Below the pieces are notes generated by a model that ran no database searches, was not told the DNA's origin, and saw only the letters and a list, made by a program, of their open reading frames with translations. From NCBI GenBank assembly GCA_965112155.1, contig OZ218103.1: DNA of 64,000 bases; one strand, given 5' to 3'. Numbering within the stretch: the first letter of the stretch is position 1; the number at the start of each line of letters is the position of its first letter. A program made the translations under genes and the position numbers. This DNA is from Podarcis liolepis. Lineage: Eukaryota. Shown in pieces: positions 37,150 to 49,600 of the stretch.

Positions 37150-37540
37150 CCCTTCCCTTCTCTCCTTACTAAGTTCTATTAAACCTGACAAATTATGACA
37201 TACAGACATGTAATGCAAACTGATCCATTATACATTTAAATATGCTGCACAGAAGCAGTGGGGAAGCAGTGTCTGTGTGGGTGGGAGGGGGAATAGGAAG
37301 ACAAGTGTATTACATGGATAATGTATTTGACGTATTAATAAAACAAGCAGCATTGCTCCGGCCAGGCAATGGTCGAATGCCGATAGGCGATGATGGATCA
37401 CAGATTGATGGAATCCAGATGTTTAGAATCATAGTCTTGGGGCCTTTCTCATATTGACTAAAAGTAAAAAATGCAGCGCTGTCAGCACATTAAGTCTCCC
37501 TGCCGCTCTTGGAGGCTGCTGAAGTGATTATTTATTTCTG
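37150..37540. promoter_or_regulatory. Candidate enhancer/CNE
   Basis: AGATTGATGG, CTGTCA, tgacaaattatgaca, attaataaaa and clustered CpGs in repeat-free DNA. Confidence 0.35.
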
Positions 37541-37856
37541 AAAGCCAGCACTACCCAACCCCCAGTCTGCTTCCTCTTAGCTGGGCCACCTGGCTGCAAG
37601 GTGTGGGGAAAACCTGGACCTTGTCCCTTACCTCCCAGTGAGGTCAAACTCCAGGATGTTCTCTGCCAAATCAAAAGCATGAACCAGCCTATGGAAATGA
37701 AACATTTTAGGTTTCCTGTTCTTTCTTTACAATGACCTGTTTGCTTAACACTCCTTTCAAACTTTTTCTCAGAATATTTTCATGTAACCCAAATTAGCCC
37801 TGATTTGATTTGAAAGGGTGAGTTTTCACCTGAGACAAATGTACCTGCCTTGGGGA

Positions 37857-38229
37857 CAGTGGCAGAGGAAGGGTGCGAGGGGGTCGCCCCGGGTGCCATC
37901 TCTGAGGGAGGTGACAAGAAGGCACCGCACGGGGGGGGGGGTTTGCTCCGCTGCCTCCAGGTGTGGTGGCGCGAGCCGCTACCATCACACCCTTGCAGCC
38001 GTGTGCAGAGGATCCTTCCGTCGCCACTGCAGCCACGAGCAGAGGTTCCCGCCACCGTCCATATGGCACTCAAGCGACGCCGTCAGCAAACTGCCCAGTG
38101 GCACATGTGCAGTGCCGCTATGTACACCACATGCGTGTGCGCCATACATAGCGGTGCTATGCATGTGCCATACATATGGCGCGTATGCCGCCAGGCGGTT
38201 TGCCCCGACAGAGGCTTCCTTCGCCCCTG
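37857..38229. mobile_element. Young non-autonomous hAT element, 373 bp, GC-rich
   Basis: Perfect 8-bp TSD cttgggga (37849-37856, 38230-38237); imperfect TIRs cagtggcagaggaag / cttccttcgcccctg; many CpGs. Confidence 0.92.
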
Positions 38230-38782
38230 CTTGGGGAATTAACCTTTTTGTCATCCCCCCTTTTAGGACAGATTGTGATTTTAATTTACGTAAACTGCCC
38301 TAAGTGGGGCATAAGCCTTAGAAAATTGTGCCGTAAATTGTATAAACAAAGCAAAAGTGAATGGCACACAGGAGCAAAGGGACTTCCTCTTTCAAGGAGA
38401 AGGTGGCTATGCAGAGTGTTGAGTAGCTGTTCTTCTGACAATCATGAAGCCACTCTTGAGTTTTTAAGATTAAAAACAACAACAAGCAAAGGATATTAGA
38501 TTGGCTTTTGGGGGGGCGGTAATATGACAGATAAACACTGAAATGGATAAACATGCCAGGCACTTGTGAAAGGAGCTCCAAGTGTCTGCTCGGAGCATAG
38601 CAAGAAGGCCAGAAATTCATAGTGGAGTTGGAACAGGTACATATGTTAACAGAGATGTGACGGTGGTGTCAAAAAACTGGCACCCATGCCTTGAAATAGA
38701 TGCTATCTAGTCACAAGCTATTTTGTGTGCACTCACTGACTCCATGCCACACACATGCCACAATGGCGAGCAGGCTTTAAAG

Positions 38783-39342
38783 CAGGAGTGGAGAATGGGA
38801 TCCAACCAATGGGTCAGATTCTTAAAGCCTCCACCCACAACAGAGCAAGTTTGATAGGACCACCCACCTGTCAGTCACCTCAAATCATAATGATGTCAGG
38901 CGACACCTGTTGAACTTCAGTGGAGGTAGCTGTAACAAGCAATTGGCTGATCAGTGGTTTGAGGATTTCCCTTTGAAGAAGAGAAAATATTACATTTTAA
39001 AATGGAGTGCTTCCCACTCAGCAGAGGAAATAGTTTCAATCCAAACTGCTTCCCCTAGCCCTCTTGGCTGCATTAGGCAATTTCCATCAGTGCTTCCTGT
39101 GAGCCCCAGTCAGCTGATTGGTCCTGAGAGGGAGTCCACCTTGCAAAGGACCCTTTGGTAGCTCCCTATAAGCTCCCATTTCTTCCTTTGAAGCCATGTC
39201 TGTACCTGCCCCACACCTGGCATCCGATATGATGTCAGCTGCAGGGCAGGCAGGTGTGATTTGTGGGAAACATCCTCAGAGTCCAAATTGGGACCTGTGC
39301 CATACCTAATTAGGCCTGTGGGCCAGAGGTTCTCCACTCCTG
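38783..39342. mobile_element. Non-autonomous hAT (Charlie-like) element, 560 bp
   Basis: Perfect 13-bp TIRs caggagtggagaa / ttctccactcctg; degenerate TSD ctttaaag / gtttaatg. Confidence 0.82.
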
Positions 39343-39459
39343 GTTTAATGAATCAGGGCAAGGGCTCATTCTATAAAAATCTGAGTAAATCATCCACACT
39401 TGCTTATCACTTCATTACCATTTTGACTAGAACTTGACACTGAGCCAGTTTGGCAAGTG

Positions 39460-39580
39460 CAGCCTTTGCCAACTTGGTACCTTCTAGATTATTTTGACTA
39501 CAACTCTTATTAGCTCCAGCCAGCACAGCTGGGATTTGTAGCCTAAACTATCTGGAGGGCACCAGGTTGGCAATAGGCTA
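39460..39580. mobile_element. Short hairpin hAT MITE
   Basis: Ends agcctttgccaacttggt / accaggttggcaataggct; core gactacaactc..gggatttgtag. Confidence 0.75.
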
Positions 39581-40719
39581 GTGTTTCAGTTACCTGGCTC
39601 TCAGACTCCTACAACTCATGGTACTTTGCTCTGAACCCCAATGCTCAGAAAATTATGTGAAATGCTCAGCTTCTGAATCTCAAAATGCTTCAGTCATGGT
39701 TGCAGACAAAAGGCTGGGAAATGTGACTGTTAAAAGCTCATAAAGCAGAAAGCAAATAAAAAGGCCTTGGATTTATTAGCTTTTAAAATCTTGTGATTTT
39801 AAAACCACTATTTTTGATTGGGTATAATCTATTGACTTTTGATGGTACAGCAGTCCCATCGTCAGGCTTTATCTATTGGTGCAGTTCATTTGCATGCTTG
39901 CGATTTCACCCTGGCATCTGGCTGACCACTATCAGAGGCAGAGTAACCTTGCTTGGTACCCTTGCCTGTGAATTCTTATGTCCTGATTTTTGCTTTTGCT
40001 CTAATTAATTCAATTTCTTTTTCACTCCCCCCCCACTCAAAAGAAAAACTCAGGGTTGCATTAGATTCAAATACAGTCCTAAAAAAGGCAGGCTTCCAAA
40101 TCAGTGTTTAAGAACATAGTGCTACATGCTACCGTCAATCTCTGCCAAGCAGTAGCAAGATTCCTGGGGGCTCCAGTTGCTTACGCAGGGTAGCGTTTCC
40201 ATTGGGAAATTGAGCAAAACAGAGACTAGTGTTTTTAAGGGGGAAAATGTGGTTTTTTTTACACATGTTTACATACAGAGCCTTCAATGGAGGGGGTGCA
40301 GAACATTATGCCCCAAGAGCATCTCTCATTGCTCCTATCATAGCTTCAGGGAGCTTGGGTTCAAAGTCATGACCCTGGTCTCTTGGCACAGCCTCCTCCA
40401 GCCAGCGCCACTTGGAGTGCTCCCTACTTCCTCCTTCTTGTTCCCAGTACATCTTACCAAAAAACCTCTGGGTTGCATCACACCCATGGTGCCCTTGCAA
40501 CCTCCTCCTCAGTTACCTGTAGGGTCTTTTGTTTTGTAGGTGGCCTAGTGGCAAGGCCACAATCTCCCACTGCCCCTCTGCCTGGCAGAAAAACAAGCTT
40601 AGCCTGTCAGCTCTGTTTAATTCCAGCACCCAATAATCTAGAGGGGGAAAGCCGGCACCCAGGGATCTCGGGAATCCCTGTTCCCCCACTAAACCATAAC
40701 AATAAGAAGATTCTGCTAG

Positions 40720-41195
40720 GTGATGCCAATGGCCCATCAAGTCCTGCAGTCTGTTCTCACAGTAGCCAAACAGATGCTTGTACGAAGCTCGCAATCCAGA
40801 CATGAGTACAACAACACTCTGCCCACCCACCATTCCCAGCTACCGGTATTGAAAAGCATAATGCTTCCAACCATGGAAGCAGAAAGTAGCCAGTATGGCT
40901 AGTAGCCATCAATAGCCTTATGCTCCACAAATTTGTCTAATCCTCTTTTGAAGCCATCCAAGTTGGATGCCGTTATCCCTCTAGAACAGATTCCATAGCT
41001 TAACTATGCAGTATATGAAGAACTGCTTTCTTTCATCCATCCTGCATCTTCCAACCTTCCAATATCTCTGCATTCTACTGCATTCTTTCTCCATGCCATG
41101 TATAATTTTATAAACTTGTGTCTTGTCACCTCTTCCTACTCACCTTTTCTCTAAACTAAAAGGCATCAAATGCTTCAAAGCTTTCCTCATAGGTG
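40720..41195 (-). mobile_element. CR1 LINE 3' end
   Basis: Typical reptile CR1 3' wording: tggctagtagccatcaatagcc, aatttgtctaatcctcttttgaagccatccaag, ataattttataaac, ctttcctcatagg. Confidence 0.85.
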
Positions 41196-42708
41196 AGTCA
41201 TTTGTTATGTTAGTTACACTTGGGAAGGCTCATAAGTGCTACATTTTTAAAAACAAACAAACATTGGGCTGCATTCACAGCAACCTGCTCATAGCACAAA
41301 AACAGAATCATTCTTAATACAAAATAGTTCATGTTCATCTTCAACATGCTGCTTTCAGTTTGGATTGATTCTAGATCCTGTCTTCCTTCCCTTCACATGT
41401 CCCAGGGGAAGGGAGCAAGAAGTAGTGACTGTGAAGTATATGGCCACCATCAGTGCCATTGAGCAGATGTGGATACACCCCCAATTACTGGGACCACCTA
41501 CATCTGTTTTCAAATGGACACACTGCAAAGTAATGCAATATCAATCTGCAATGAGCTTTTATTTTTTTGAATAAAACAGCATTTTTAATAAGCAATTTGC
41601 AAGGGCAAAATATATGCAATAGATCTAAAATGTGTGTGGACTTGCATAGAAAAAAACAAATACTGTCTCTATTGATTTTAGAGTAAAATGTTGTGTGTAC
41701 GCAGCCTTAGTATTAGAGGATCTCAGAAATTAAACTGGGAAGTGGAGCTCAGTTCTTGACTTATTAGGAGTTCTGTGACAAGTCAAGTGAGTATCTTCTT
41801 TAATTAAGGATATTTCCCAAATTTTGGATATGCATTCCTTTAGTGTGCCTATCAGTAATTTCCCCTTAGTCTCTGAGACCTTAAGGGGCAAATAAGCTCT
41901 GAGCTTCTTGCTGCAAATTAGTCTATATTTTAACTTTGGGCTTAAAGGAACTAGGGTCCAGATCTGCGGACCAAACTGTCTTGGGGACGCAAGGAGATGC
42001 ATAGGTTTGGGAGAGAAACCTAACAATGAGGAAGGTCATTTCTGGTCTTAAAATAAAACATGCAACAGCATAGATTGCATAGTATTGTTAAGATTTATCA
42101 GAAGACAGGGAAGACTCCCCCTCCTCCCTGAGAGAAGGATGGTGGGGACAGGAGAGTGACAAAGTATGCCGTTCCAGTAGAGTGGGAGATGGTCTGCTTT
42201 AGCTCATTAAATACTGCAATAAAATATTAATAGTTATTGTCCCTCTATTTTTTGTAATTATAATCGCAAAGAAGGATCTGCTGCAACTCACTAATGTATT
42301 CCCAGCAGTGGGTTGCTTTTTAATACTGCAGCGGGAGAGTTAGTGGGGAATAGAAACCTTAATATGTGACTAAGAAAATAGTATGGTGAGGGTAACTAGT
42401 ACCCCAGCCCTAGATGTTTTTTGTCACATATTTTCCTCCAGCTCAACCAGTAGGCAGAGTGAAGCAGCTGGCTCTGGCATCAGTTGCTTGAGAGTGACAG
42501 TTAAGTATTGAAAGATGGAGTTGTAGTGTCTTGGGCTGGCCAGGCAGCAAAATGCCTGGGGCCAGTCCTTCTGTCCTCAACATGTGTATAATCCTAGTTT
42601 GTGTTATTCTGTTGTTGCAAGCATAGTTAGTGAAGCTGGGGATAAAGTTCCCTTCCTCTTTCTCTGGCTCCAGAGCTCCCCTATGGGTAACCTATGCATT
42701 ACAGAAGC

Positions 42709-42874
42709 GTAGAGCACTGATTTGCATGCAGAAGGTTCTGGTTTGTCCTAGCATCCCCATGTAGTGCCAGGGGAAAAGGGCCCCTTTTTGAAACTTTGGA
42801 AAGCTGCTGCCAGTCAGTGCAGACAATACTGAACTAGATGGACCATGAGTCTGATTCCGTACAAGGCAGCTTCC
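42709..42874 (+). mobile_element. tRNA-derived SINE (Squam3-like)
   Basis: gtagagcactgatttgcatgcagaagg..gctgctgccagtcagtgcagacaatactgaactagatggacca..aaggcagcttcc. Confidence 0.82.
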
Positions 42875-42917
42875 ACTTTTCTTTTGAAATGGCATATGGT
42901 ACCTCCAAGTATTAGAC

Positions 42918-43054
42918 CAGGTGTGGAGAACATTTGTCCTCCAGATGTTGCAGAACTACAACTCCCATCAGCCCCAGCAAGCATAGCCAATGGCCAGGGA
43001 TGATGGGACTTGTAGTACAGCAACATCTGGAGGGCCAAAGGTTCCCTAGGGCTG
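42918..43054. mobile_element. Short hairpin hAT MITE
   Basis: Arms cctccagatgttgc..actacaactcccatca / tgatgggacttgtagt..gcaacatctggagg. Confidence 0.85.
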
Positions 43055-45320
43055 TCTCTTCAGGGTGGAGTACCAGCTCTTCTGTCTTTCCTAACCAGAT
43101 TGTGCCTTTTCTTAGTTTGTGTTTCATGTATGGTCATGGCCAAAAGTGCTACAGTAGCATTTCCAGGCTGGAGGGCAATTCCTCCACTGCAGGTGGGGAG
43201 AGTACTATATCTCCTATATAAGCTTCTCCTGTGTCCAGTTGTGAGCACTTACTTTCATGTTGGCTCAGCAAATCTTAGAATCAGGTGGTGCTGTGAAGTT
43301 AAGCATCTTTACATGGAAGTTACTTTTACTGGAATAGGTTGGTGAATTTGCATGTGGTGAAATTACTGTGTGATAGCTTCAGCAGATACCCAGCTAGCAG
43401 CTGAATCCATATCTACCACAGCGGTACTCATCTTCCCAAGACACGTTGAGCTGCAGTATAACTTATAAATGTGAATGAGTTGGGAAATATACAGATGACA
43501 AAGCAGTTGCACAGCAACATCACTATGTGCTAAAGTCCAACATCTATTCAACACACATTCCCAACACACTAGTTACTTGGCACTCAGAGTCGGTTCATAC
43601 ACTGGCAGGCGGCCAGATTCCCCCTTCCCCTTTTTTCCTACCCAGATTGCATCATGCTTGTGGCATAATGGGTTATATAAATAGTGTGTCATGAGCACAA
43701 ATTGCAGTTTTGTATGCTACATTCAGCCAACGCTAGAAAACTTTGCAGTGGACTGCAAAATCATAGGCTATACTCATCATTAATTACTCAGACATCCCAT
43801 TACCCAGGAGCACAGTGCATCTGGCCATGTGCCAAATGGCGATGCAAATTGACTCCTCGAATAAACATTGCTTTAGATTGTTGTAGCCTTTTCAGTAGTT
43901 CTGAAGTTCCAATCAGTGCTGCACTTCCTTTTCTTTTTTTTAACCTCTGTTCTTACAACAGAACAATTTCTGACTTGCACATTTTTGTCATGAAATTCCC
44001 ATTTTGCAGTCTCAGCAAATAATTGGGTGCAGGACGGACCCTGCCTCAGGTAGATGTTTGCGAACTCTGTTGTGCTGTAAGCTGCCACTTTCCATGGCTC
44101 CATCTCTAAGGCAGGTGAATGATCTTTGCTGACCCCTGCTGGGTATAATACATGTGTGCAAAGCAGGTTATCTTGCTTGATCTTCAAGCTGTGGTAGCAT
44201 TATCAATTAATTCTGTACCTGCTTTGTATCCCTGTCACTTTTTCCTTTCTTACATCCATGTTGTTTCCTTTACATGTTCCTGCATCTCTGTACTCCTGCC
44301 TTCCACCCTTGCCTTCAGAAGGGTTTCTTACATGCCTTTAATGTTGCTTATTGCCTGCTCCAGATGGGCCATATTGACTCAGTTTGGCTGATCCAGTCCC
44401 CAGATTCCTTTGTTGTTTCCACCATGGACTAATTGGCTTTTAGGCTTCATACCTGCAAGTGCCTTCTACTGAAGTGCGTCTTGAACATATGACTCGACCT
44501 GGCTGAAATTAGGAGTTGGATCCACCTACAGCCTGCCATATGATAAAGCAGTACCTAACTATTCCACAAAATTGGGGGGTGGGATCTCATCAGCTATTGA
44601 TGTAAAACTGACATTCATACATATGGGAAAGAACACACATATGTAATACTTTCTTCCTTGCCTAAAAACCCAAATGAGACTTTCTGGCATGTTGCTCATA
44701 ATAAGCTGTGTTTTGGAAATTCCATAATTTTCATCTCCTCATCTTCTCATGCTCTGCTTGGACTGTGGGGGCAGCATCATTTTATATTGCTTTGTTTGAC
44801 CTGCAGAGGCAGTATATCCATACTTCTTGCAAACTACCCAAAGCTTATTGCTGCCAAGGTTATTTTAGCCTACCTTATTTTGTTTTCTGACCGGGCTAGC
44901 ATATCTACTTAAAGGAATAGTGCAGAGTTTCTGCAACCCAGCCATACATCTCATATCCTGAGTTAAATCCTCTATCCAATATTTACATTGTTAAACTTAA
45001 TGTTGCCAGCATATTCTTGAGGTACTAAGTAGAAAATTCTTAGTTCTTTTCTGTAGCCCCTATGTATGCACACTAATCAGCTCTGTGCCTGGGCAGAGTA
45101 AACTTGGCAGAGTAAACTTGGAAACTTCTTCAGTTTTAGCCAGGGAACTGGTGCGTCTTACCTCTTCTTCACAGAAAGGGGAGGAATGCATGCTTAAAGG
45201 TGAGGACCTTCTTGCTCAGTTCTCTTCTAACTGTTGTGTAAGCAAGAGCTTTGGAGAGCATTCTGCAGCATTTAGTCAGTTCCCCCCTTCTTTTGGACCA
45301 CAAATTTCCCAATTTGTCTG

Positions 45321-45360
45321 TTTGTTTGTTTGTTTGTTTGTTTGTTTGTTTGTTTGTTTG
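45321..45360. repeat. (TTTG)10 microsatellite
   Basis: Read directly from sequence. Confidence 0.97.
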
Positions 45361-45430
45361 TGTGTACAAAAGTTTAGTTGTCCACATTGTAAGCACATTG
45401 CCTGCGATGAAGTGGCTGCCAGGGCCACTT

Positions 45431-45451
45431 TGGTGGTGGTGGTGGTGGTGG
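45431..45451. repeat. (TGG)7 microsatellite
   Basis: Read directly from sequence. Confidence 0.95.
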
Positions 45452-45489
45452 GAAGCTCCCCATATTGTCTGGCCATGATAGCCATCTAT

Positions 45490-45634
45490 CATAAAACCCA
45501 CATTTTACCACTGAATTGGAGCAAATGGCAATTGGGTTTTCCACAGGGACAAATAAACCCTGCTTGGACAAGGAGCTTTAAAGTGCGGACTTTTGCCTGG
45601 AAAATGTGGCACAAAAAGAAGTCTGGATAAGCCC
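45490..45634. mobile_element. Right part of a PIF/Harbinger-like MITE
   Basis: Ends aagtctggataagccc|tca, the reverse complement of the left terminus gggcttatccacactt at 56618; shares the internal aattggagcaaa. Confidence 0.6.
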
Positions 45635-46079
45635 TCAGAGCTGTTCTGTCTGTAAAGGCGCGAGTCCAAACTGTGCTTGCTCAGTGGTTAGGGAAACATA
45701 TTCCGTGCATGCTCAGAGATACTTTTTCTTTGTTATTACTTCAGGACTTAGCTTTGCTCCAGAGATTGAATCCTGGCACAAATACGTAAAATGTGGCAGC
45801 ACGATACAAGTCAGCCTGTCTGTATCAGTACATCTGCTGCACCCTCCTCCTCCTTGTTTCCACTTGTTTCTATGTGAATAAAGTGGTTGGCTTTGCATAC
45901 TTTCAGTCAAGCACTTTCACATCTCCAGCTACCAATTCTGCCCCCCAAAGGCCTTTTTTTCAGTAGCTCTTCCCACGTGTGTCTGGCTTATTGTACTGAG
46001 CAGCCAGTTTCTCCCAGAAAGACCCTGGCCATTGGTTGCACTATCCGGCAGGCTCACCTGCACAGAAGGTCTGGTCCCA

Positions 46080-46820
46080 TCAGCCAGCAGGCGGAAGAGA
46101 AACGGTGGTGACAAGCTGCTAAGCGAGGTGGAATTAGGAGGAATGATAATAAATGTAGATGGTCAGGCGGGAAAATAAAATGATCCATCTTTTGCATGTT
46201 CGCCAAGGTGGCTGCCCCCTCCCCATGCCCGTTCAATCAGAGCCTGTCAGACCTCCGGCAGCTTGGCATTTTTGTGAAGAATCTCTTGGCTAAAAATTGT
46301 TGTCATTCCTATTTCCTTGTTATCAGTCGTCAGCACCTCGCCAGCGCCCGGAGATTAACGCCGAATCACCGGGCAAGCATCCATCCCCCAGGAACCTTCT
46401 CCATTACGCCAAGCTCAACGGGTCCCTCCCGCCTCACCTCCCCCATCCATCATCTTTAACGCTGACAGCCCAGCATAGGCCTCTCAAATTTATCTCGCTG
46501 CGTCCTGGGCAGGCTCTATCCGTCAAACCAAGCAGGGCCTCCTCTCTCCCCTGGTTTGTTGGGGGGGGGAGGAGGAGGAAGCCGCCCGCGTGAGGGACTC
46601 GGGGAAAGATTGGTCCGAGATACACAATTAATCACGGCTCGTATCAATTTGGTTGATTTACTCCCTGGAGAGAGAAGGGGTGTAAACACGGTGTGTGCAG
46701 AGGCAGCGTGGAGACATAATGTGTCTGTCTATAGGAAAAACATTAACAGATCATCCCTGTGGCTGCTGATTGATGGGGTTGATGGAAGAGGGACAGCCTA
46801 GTGCTGGCAGTAGTGACAGA
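46080..46820. promoter_or_regulatory. Strongest candidate enhancer/CNE: CpG-rich with PBX-HOX and MEIS sites
   Basis: High CpG density with no TIR/TSD; TTCAATCA 46232-46239, CTGTCA 46244-46249, TGACAG 46463-46468, TGATTTAC 46654-46661, TGATTGATGG 46767-46776, TGACAG 46814-46819. Confidence 0.55.
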
Positions 46821-47181
46821 CAAGAGGATGCCAAGGTGTTGGTCCCACTTGAAAGAAGTATCCTCTTACCAAAGGCCACCTCTGCATATAAACTAGGCTC
46901 CACTAATCTGTTGAAAGGCAATGTCTCTTTTCCTATTTTTAGGGCCAGGTATGGAGGGCCCAATTTTAACCGCATAATGTTGCAGTAAGTAATATGGCAT
47001 CTGGCAGAAAATATATTTGTGTCCCTTCCTATTCTGTCCAGTGGGTTTTCTAGTAACATAAATAGCACTCCAATGTTCTGGAGAGGTAATGGAAGGGCAT
47101 GTTCACACACAACTTTTTCTAGAGTGCTTATCTTCTCTGACAGGTGAAACCCTTGTTTTTAGGGAAGGAGAGCAAGGAATA

Positions 47182-47423
47182 CAGTGGTACCTCTGGTTAC
47201 AAACTTAATTCTTTTTGGAGGTCCGTTCTTAACCTGAAACCATTCTTAACCTGAGGTACCACTTTAGCTAATGGGGCCTCCCGCTACTGCCACGCGGCCG
47301 CCGCGTGATTTCTGTTCTCATCCTGAGGTAAAGTTCTTAACCCGAGGTACTACCTCCGAGTTAGCGGAGTCTGTAACCTGAAGTTTTTGTAACCTGAGGT
47401 GTTTGTAACCCAAGGCACCACTG
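47182..47423. mobile_element. Tc1/mariner (Tigger-like) MITE, 242 bp, complete
   Basis: TIRs cagtggtacctctggttacaaac / gtttgtaacccaaggcaccactg, TA on both sides, and repeated taacc(c/t)ga motifs. Confidence 0.95.
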
Positions 47424-48299
47424 TATAGGCAAGGCAGGAGAGCCTCAGCTAAGAAGGTGAGAGGGATGAGCTGACAGACATCAGGCTATAGATCCAATAG
47501 ATAGATTCCCTGAAGAGCTCCACTGTAACAACTTCCAGGGAGCCAATGCTGATATTTTAATGGAAAAAATAAATGCATTGGGAGGCATCCACCAACCATG
47601 TTCAGTCAGTGCAAGAATTTCCGCTTACCCAGTAGAACACCCCAACTCAGTTCTCTCTGTGCATTCCTCATGTCCTCCCCAAATTTGCTCCAGAAGATTG
47701 AGGGAACCCCCAAGAACTTACTTAAGTGCAGGGTGCAGTGAAGTTTGGAGGCAATTTTTAAAAATTCAGATTCTTTTCCCTTGTCACATTGCACTATGGA
47801 AAACGAGAACAAACAAGAAAATGTCACTGAATCGACACTGTGGTACTGAAAAGAATACGTATAGGATCTGTGTTAAAAACTTAGTTGCATACTTGAAACT
47901 ATTTTTTGAGCAAGTGGTAAGTACCTCCCCCCCCCCAATTATATCCTTTCCTTTTTGGCTAATAGAAAACCAGTCCATTTTCCTCGCCAAGATTCATTGC
48001 TTTTCCTTTGCCAGCTGGTGGCCTTGGCACAGTCATCCTGTGCCCCAGAGTTGCTCACCTTGCACTGTGGTGTTTCCTGGATGTGACCTTGTTGCCTATG
48101 AATGGCCATAATGTAGTATGGGGGAAAGACCGAACTTAGTACCATGCACATTGAGCCTAGACAATATTAGGACCAATATGATCGCCTATCTAAATGGATG
48201 CCAAGAAGATGAGGAGCAACTGTTTAATACAGATGTTAAATACAGATATCCCAGATTCACCCACCACCTTGTTCCTTGCTATTTTATAGACCAGCCTTC

Positions 48300-49150
48300 T
48301 TCTGATTTGCCATCCAGTAGAGCTTTTCTGGGTACTGCAAGGCCAAATCTGGCCAATCTGGCCGAAAGGAGATGACAGAACCAACAGCAGCTCACTGACT
48401 TGTTTGCAAAGTATTTTGAGGATAAAATTACTTGCATCCGCCAGGATCTTGACTCCTCTGTTACAGCAGAAGAATCTGTCTAGTTCTGTTGTGTTGGATG
48501 AATTTCAGTTAGTAAGAATAAAGGATGTAGACAAGGTGCTCTGATTGGTCAGGCTGCCACTTGTGCTCTGGACCCTTGCCCCTCTTGGCTGATAATAACT
48601 AGCAGAGGGAGGGGACAGCTGGCTGGGCAAGGGAGGTGATTAATACCTCCTAATGAGAGGGGGTGGTCCCAGCCTGCTTGAAGGAGGCTGCGGTAAAACT
48701 ATTCCTCAAGAAACTCTCCCTGGGTTCGGAAAATCTAAATAATTACTGGCCAGTTGCCCATCTCCCATTCTTGGGCAGGGTTCTTGAGTGATCCAAGTGC
48801 TCTTGGATTTAACTCATTTTCTAGATCTATTTCATTCATGGTTTAGGCCCAGTTTTAATTCTCTTTAACCTCTCAGCAGTTTATGATACCATTGACAATG
48901 ATATCCTTCTGGAGAGGCTATCTGAGTTATAGGTGGGTGGCACTGCTTTGCGAATGGTTGTTTCCAGAGCATGATGCTTGAGGAGTGCTCTTTGACCCTG
49001 TGCAGCCTTCAATGTGAGGTTCCTCAGGGTTCAGTTTTATCCCCCATAATGTTTAACGTCTACATAAAACTGCTGAGTAGGTTCATCTAGAGTTTTGTAG
49101 TATGTTGTCAGCAATATGCTGATGACACACAGCTCTAGTTCTCCTTTACA
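48300..49150 (+). mobile_element. Degenerate L2 LINE, RT region
   Basis: Translates with lesions to FAKYFEDKITCIRQDLDS, LDPCPSWLI, GVVPACLKEAAV..LKK, NNYWPVAHLPFLGRVLE, LSAVYDTID, VPQGSVLSPIMFNVY and QQYADDTQL. Confidence 0.93.
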
Positions 49151-49266
49151 CCTGCTTCCTTCCAAACTTATTTGTGCATAATAGCTGGTAGTGAGTGTAC
49201 ACCCAACACACAGTGTGGAATAGATTCTGTGTGTGAGTTGTGCATTAGTGCATAAGCAGTGTAAAG

Positions 49267-49404
49267 CTGATGGGGCGAACCGTTGGCCCTCTGGATGTTG
49301 CCGAACTACAACTCCCATAATTCCTGGCCATTGGCCATGCTTTCTGGGGCAAATGGAAGCTGTAGTTCAGCAACACCTTGAGGGCCAAAGGTTTCCCACA
49401 CCTG
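49267..49404. mobile_element. Short hairpin hAT MITE with intact TSD
   Basis: Perfect 8-bp TSD gtgtaaag (49259-49266, 49405-49412); arms ttggccctc..tgttgccgaactaca / tgtagttcagcaaca..gagggccaa. Confidence 0.9.
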
Positions 49405-49453
49405 GTGTAAAGCCATGTCACCCATGCAAACACACCAATTGTAAGGAGATAGT

Positions 49454-49600
49454 ACAGTATTGTAGAGCTGGAAGGGACCACAAGGGTATGGTAATTTAGT
49501 CTAACCCCCTTCATGCAAGAATCTTTTGCCCAACATAGGGCTCAAAGCCATAATCCTGAGCTTTAAGAGTCTCATGCTCTACCAACCTGAGCTATCCTGG
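49454..49600 (-). mobile_element. tRNA-Lys-derived short SINE with CR1-type tail (second copy)
   Basis: Shares tagagctggaagggaccacaa and ttaagagtctcatgctctac with 29959-30092. Confidence 0.8.

Noticed and set aside
37780-38303. Stack of ORFs on both strands
   Set aside because: Explained by the GC-rich hAT insertion
45085-45630. 181-aa ORF
   Set aside because: Runs through (TTTG)n, (TGG)n and a MITE fragment; no homology recognised
47560-48111. 183-aa ATG-initiated ORF
   Set aside because: Starts inside a hairpin repeat copy, has no recognisable domain, and has non-coding-like composition
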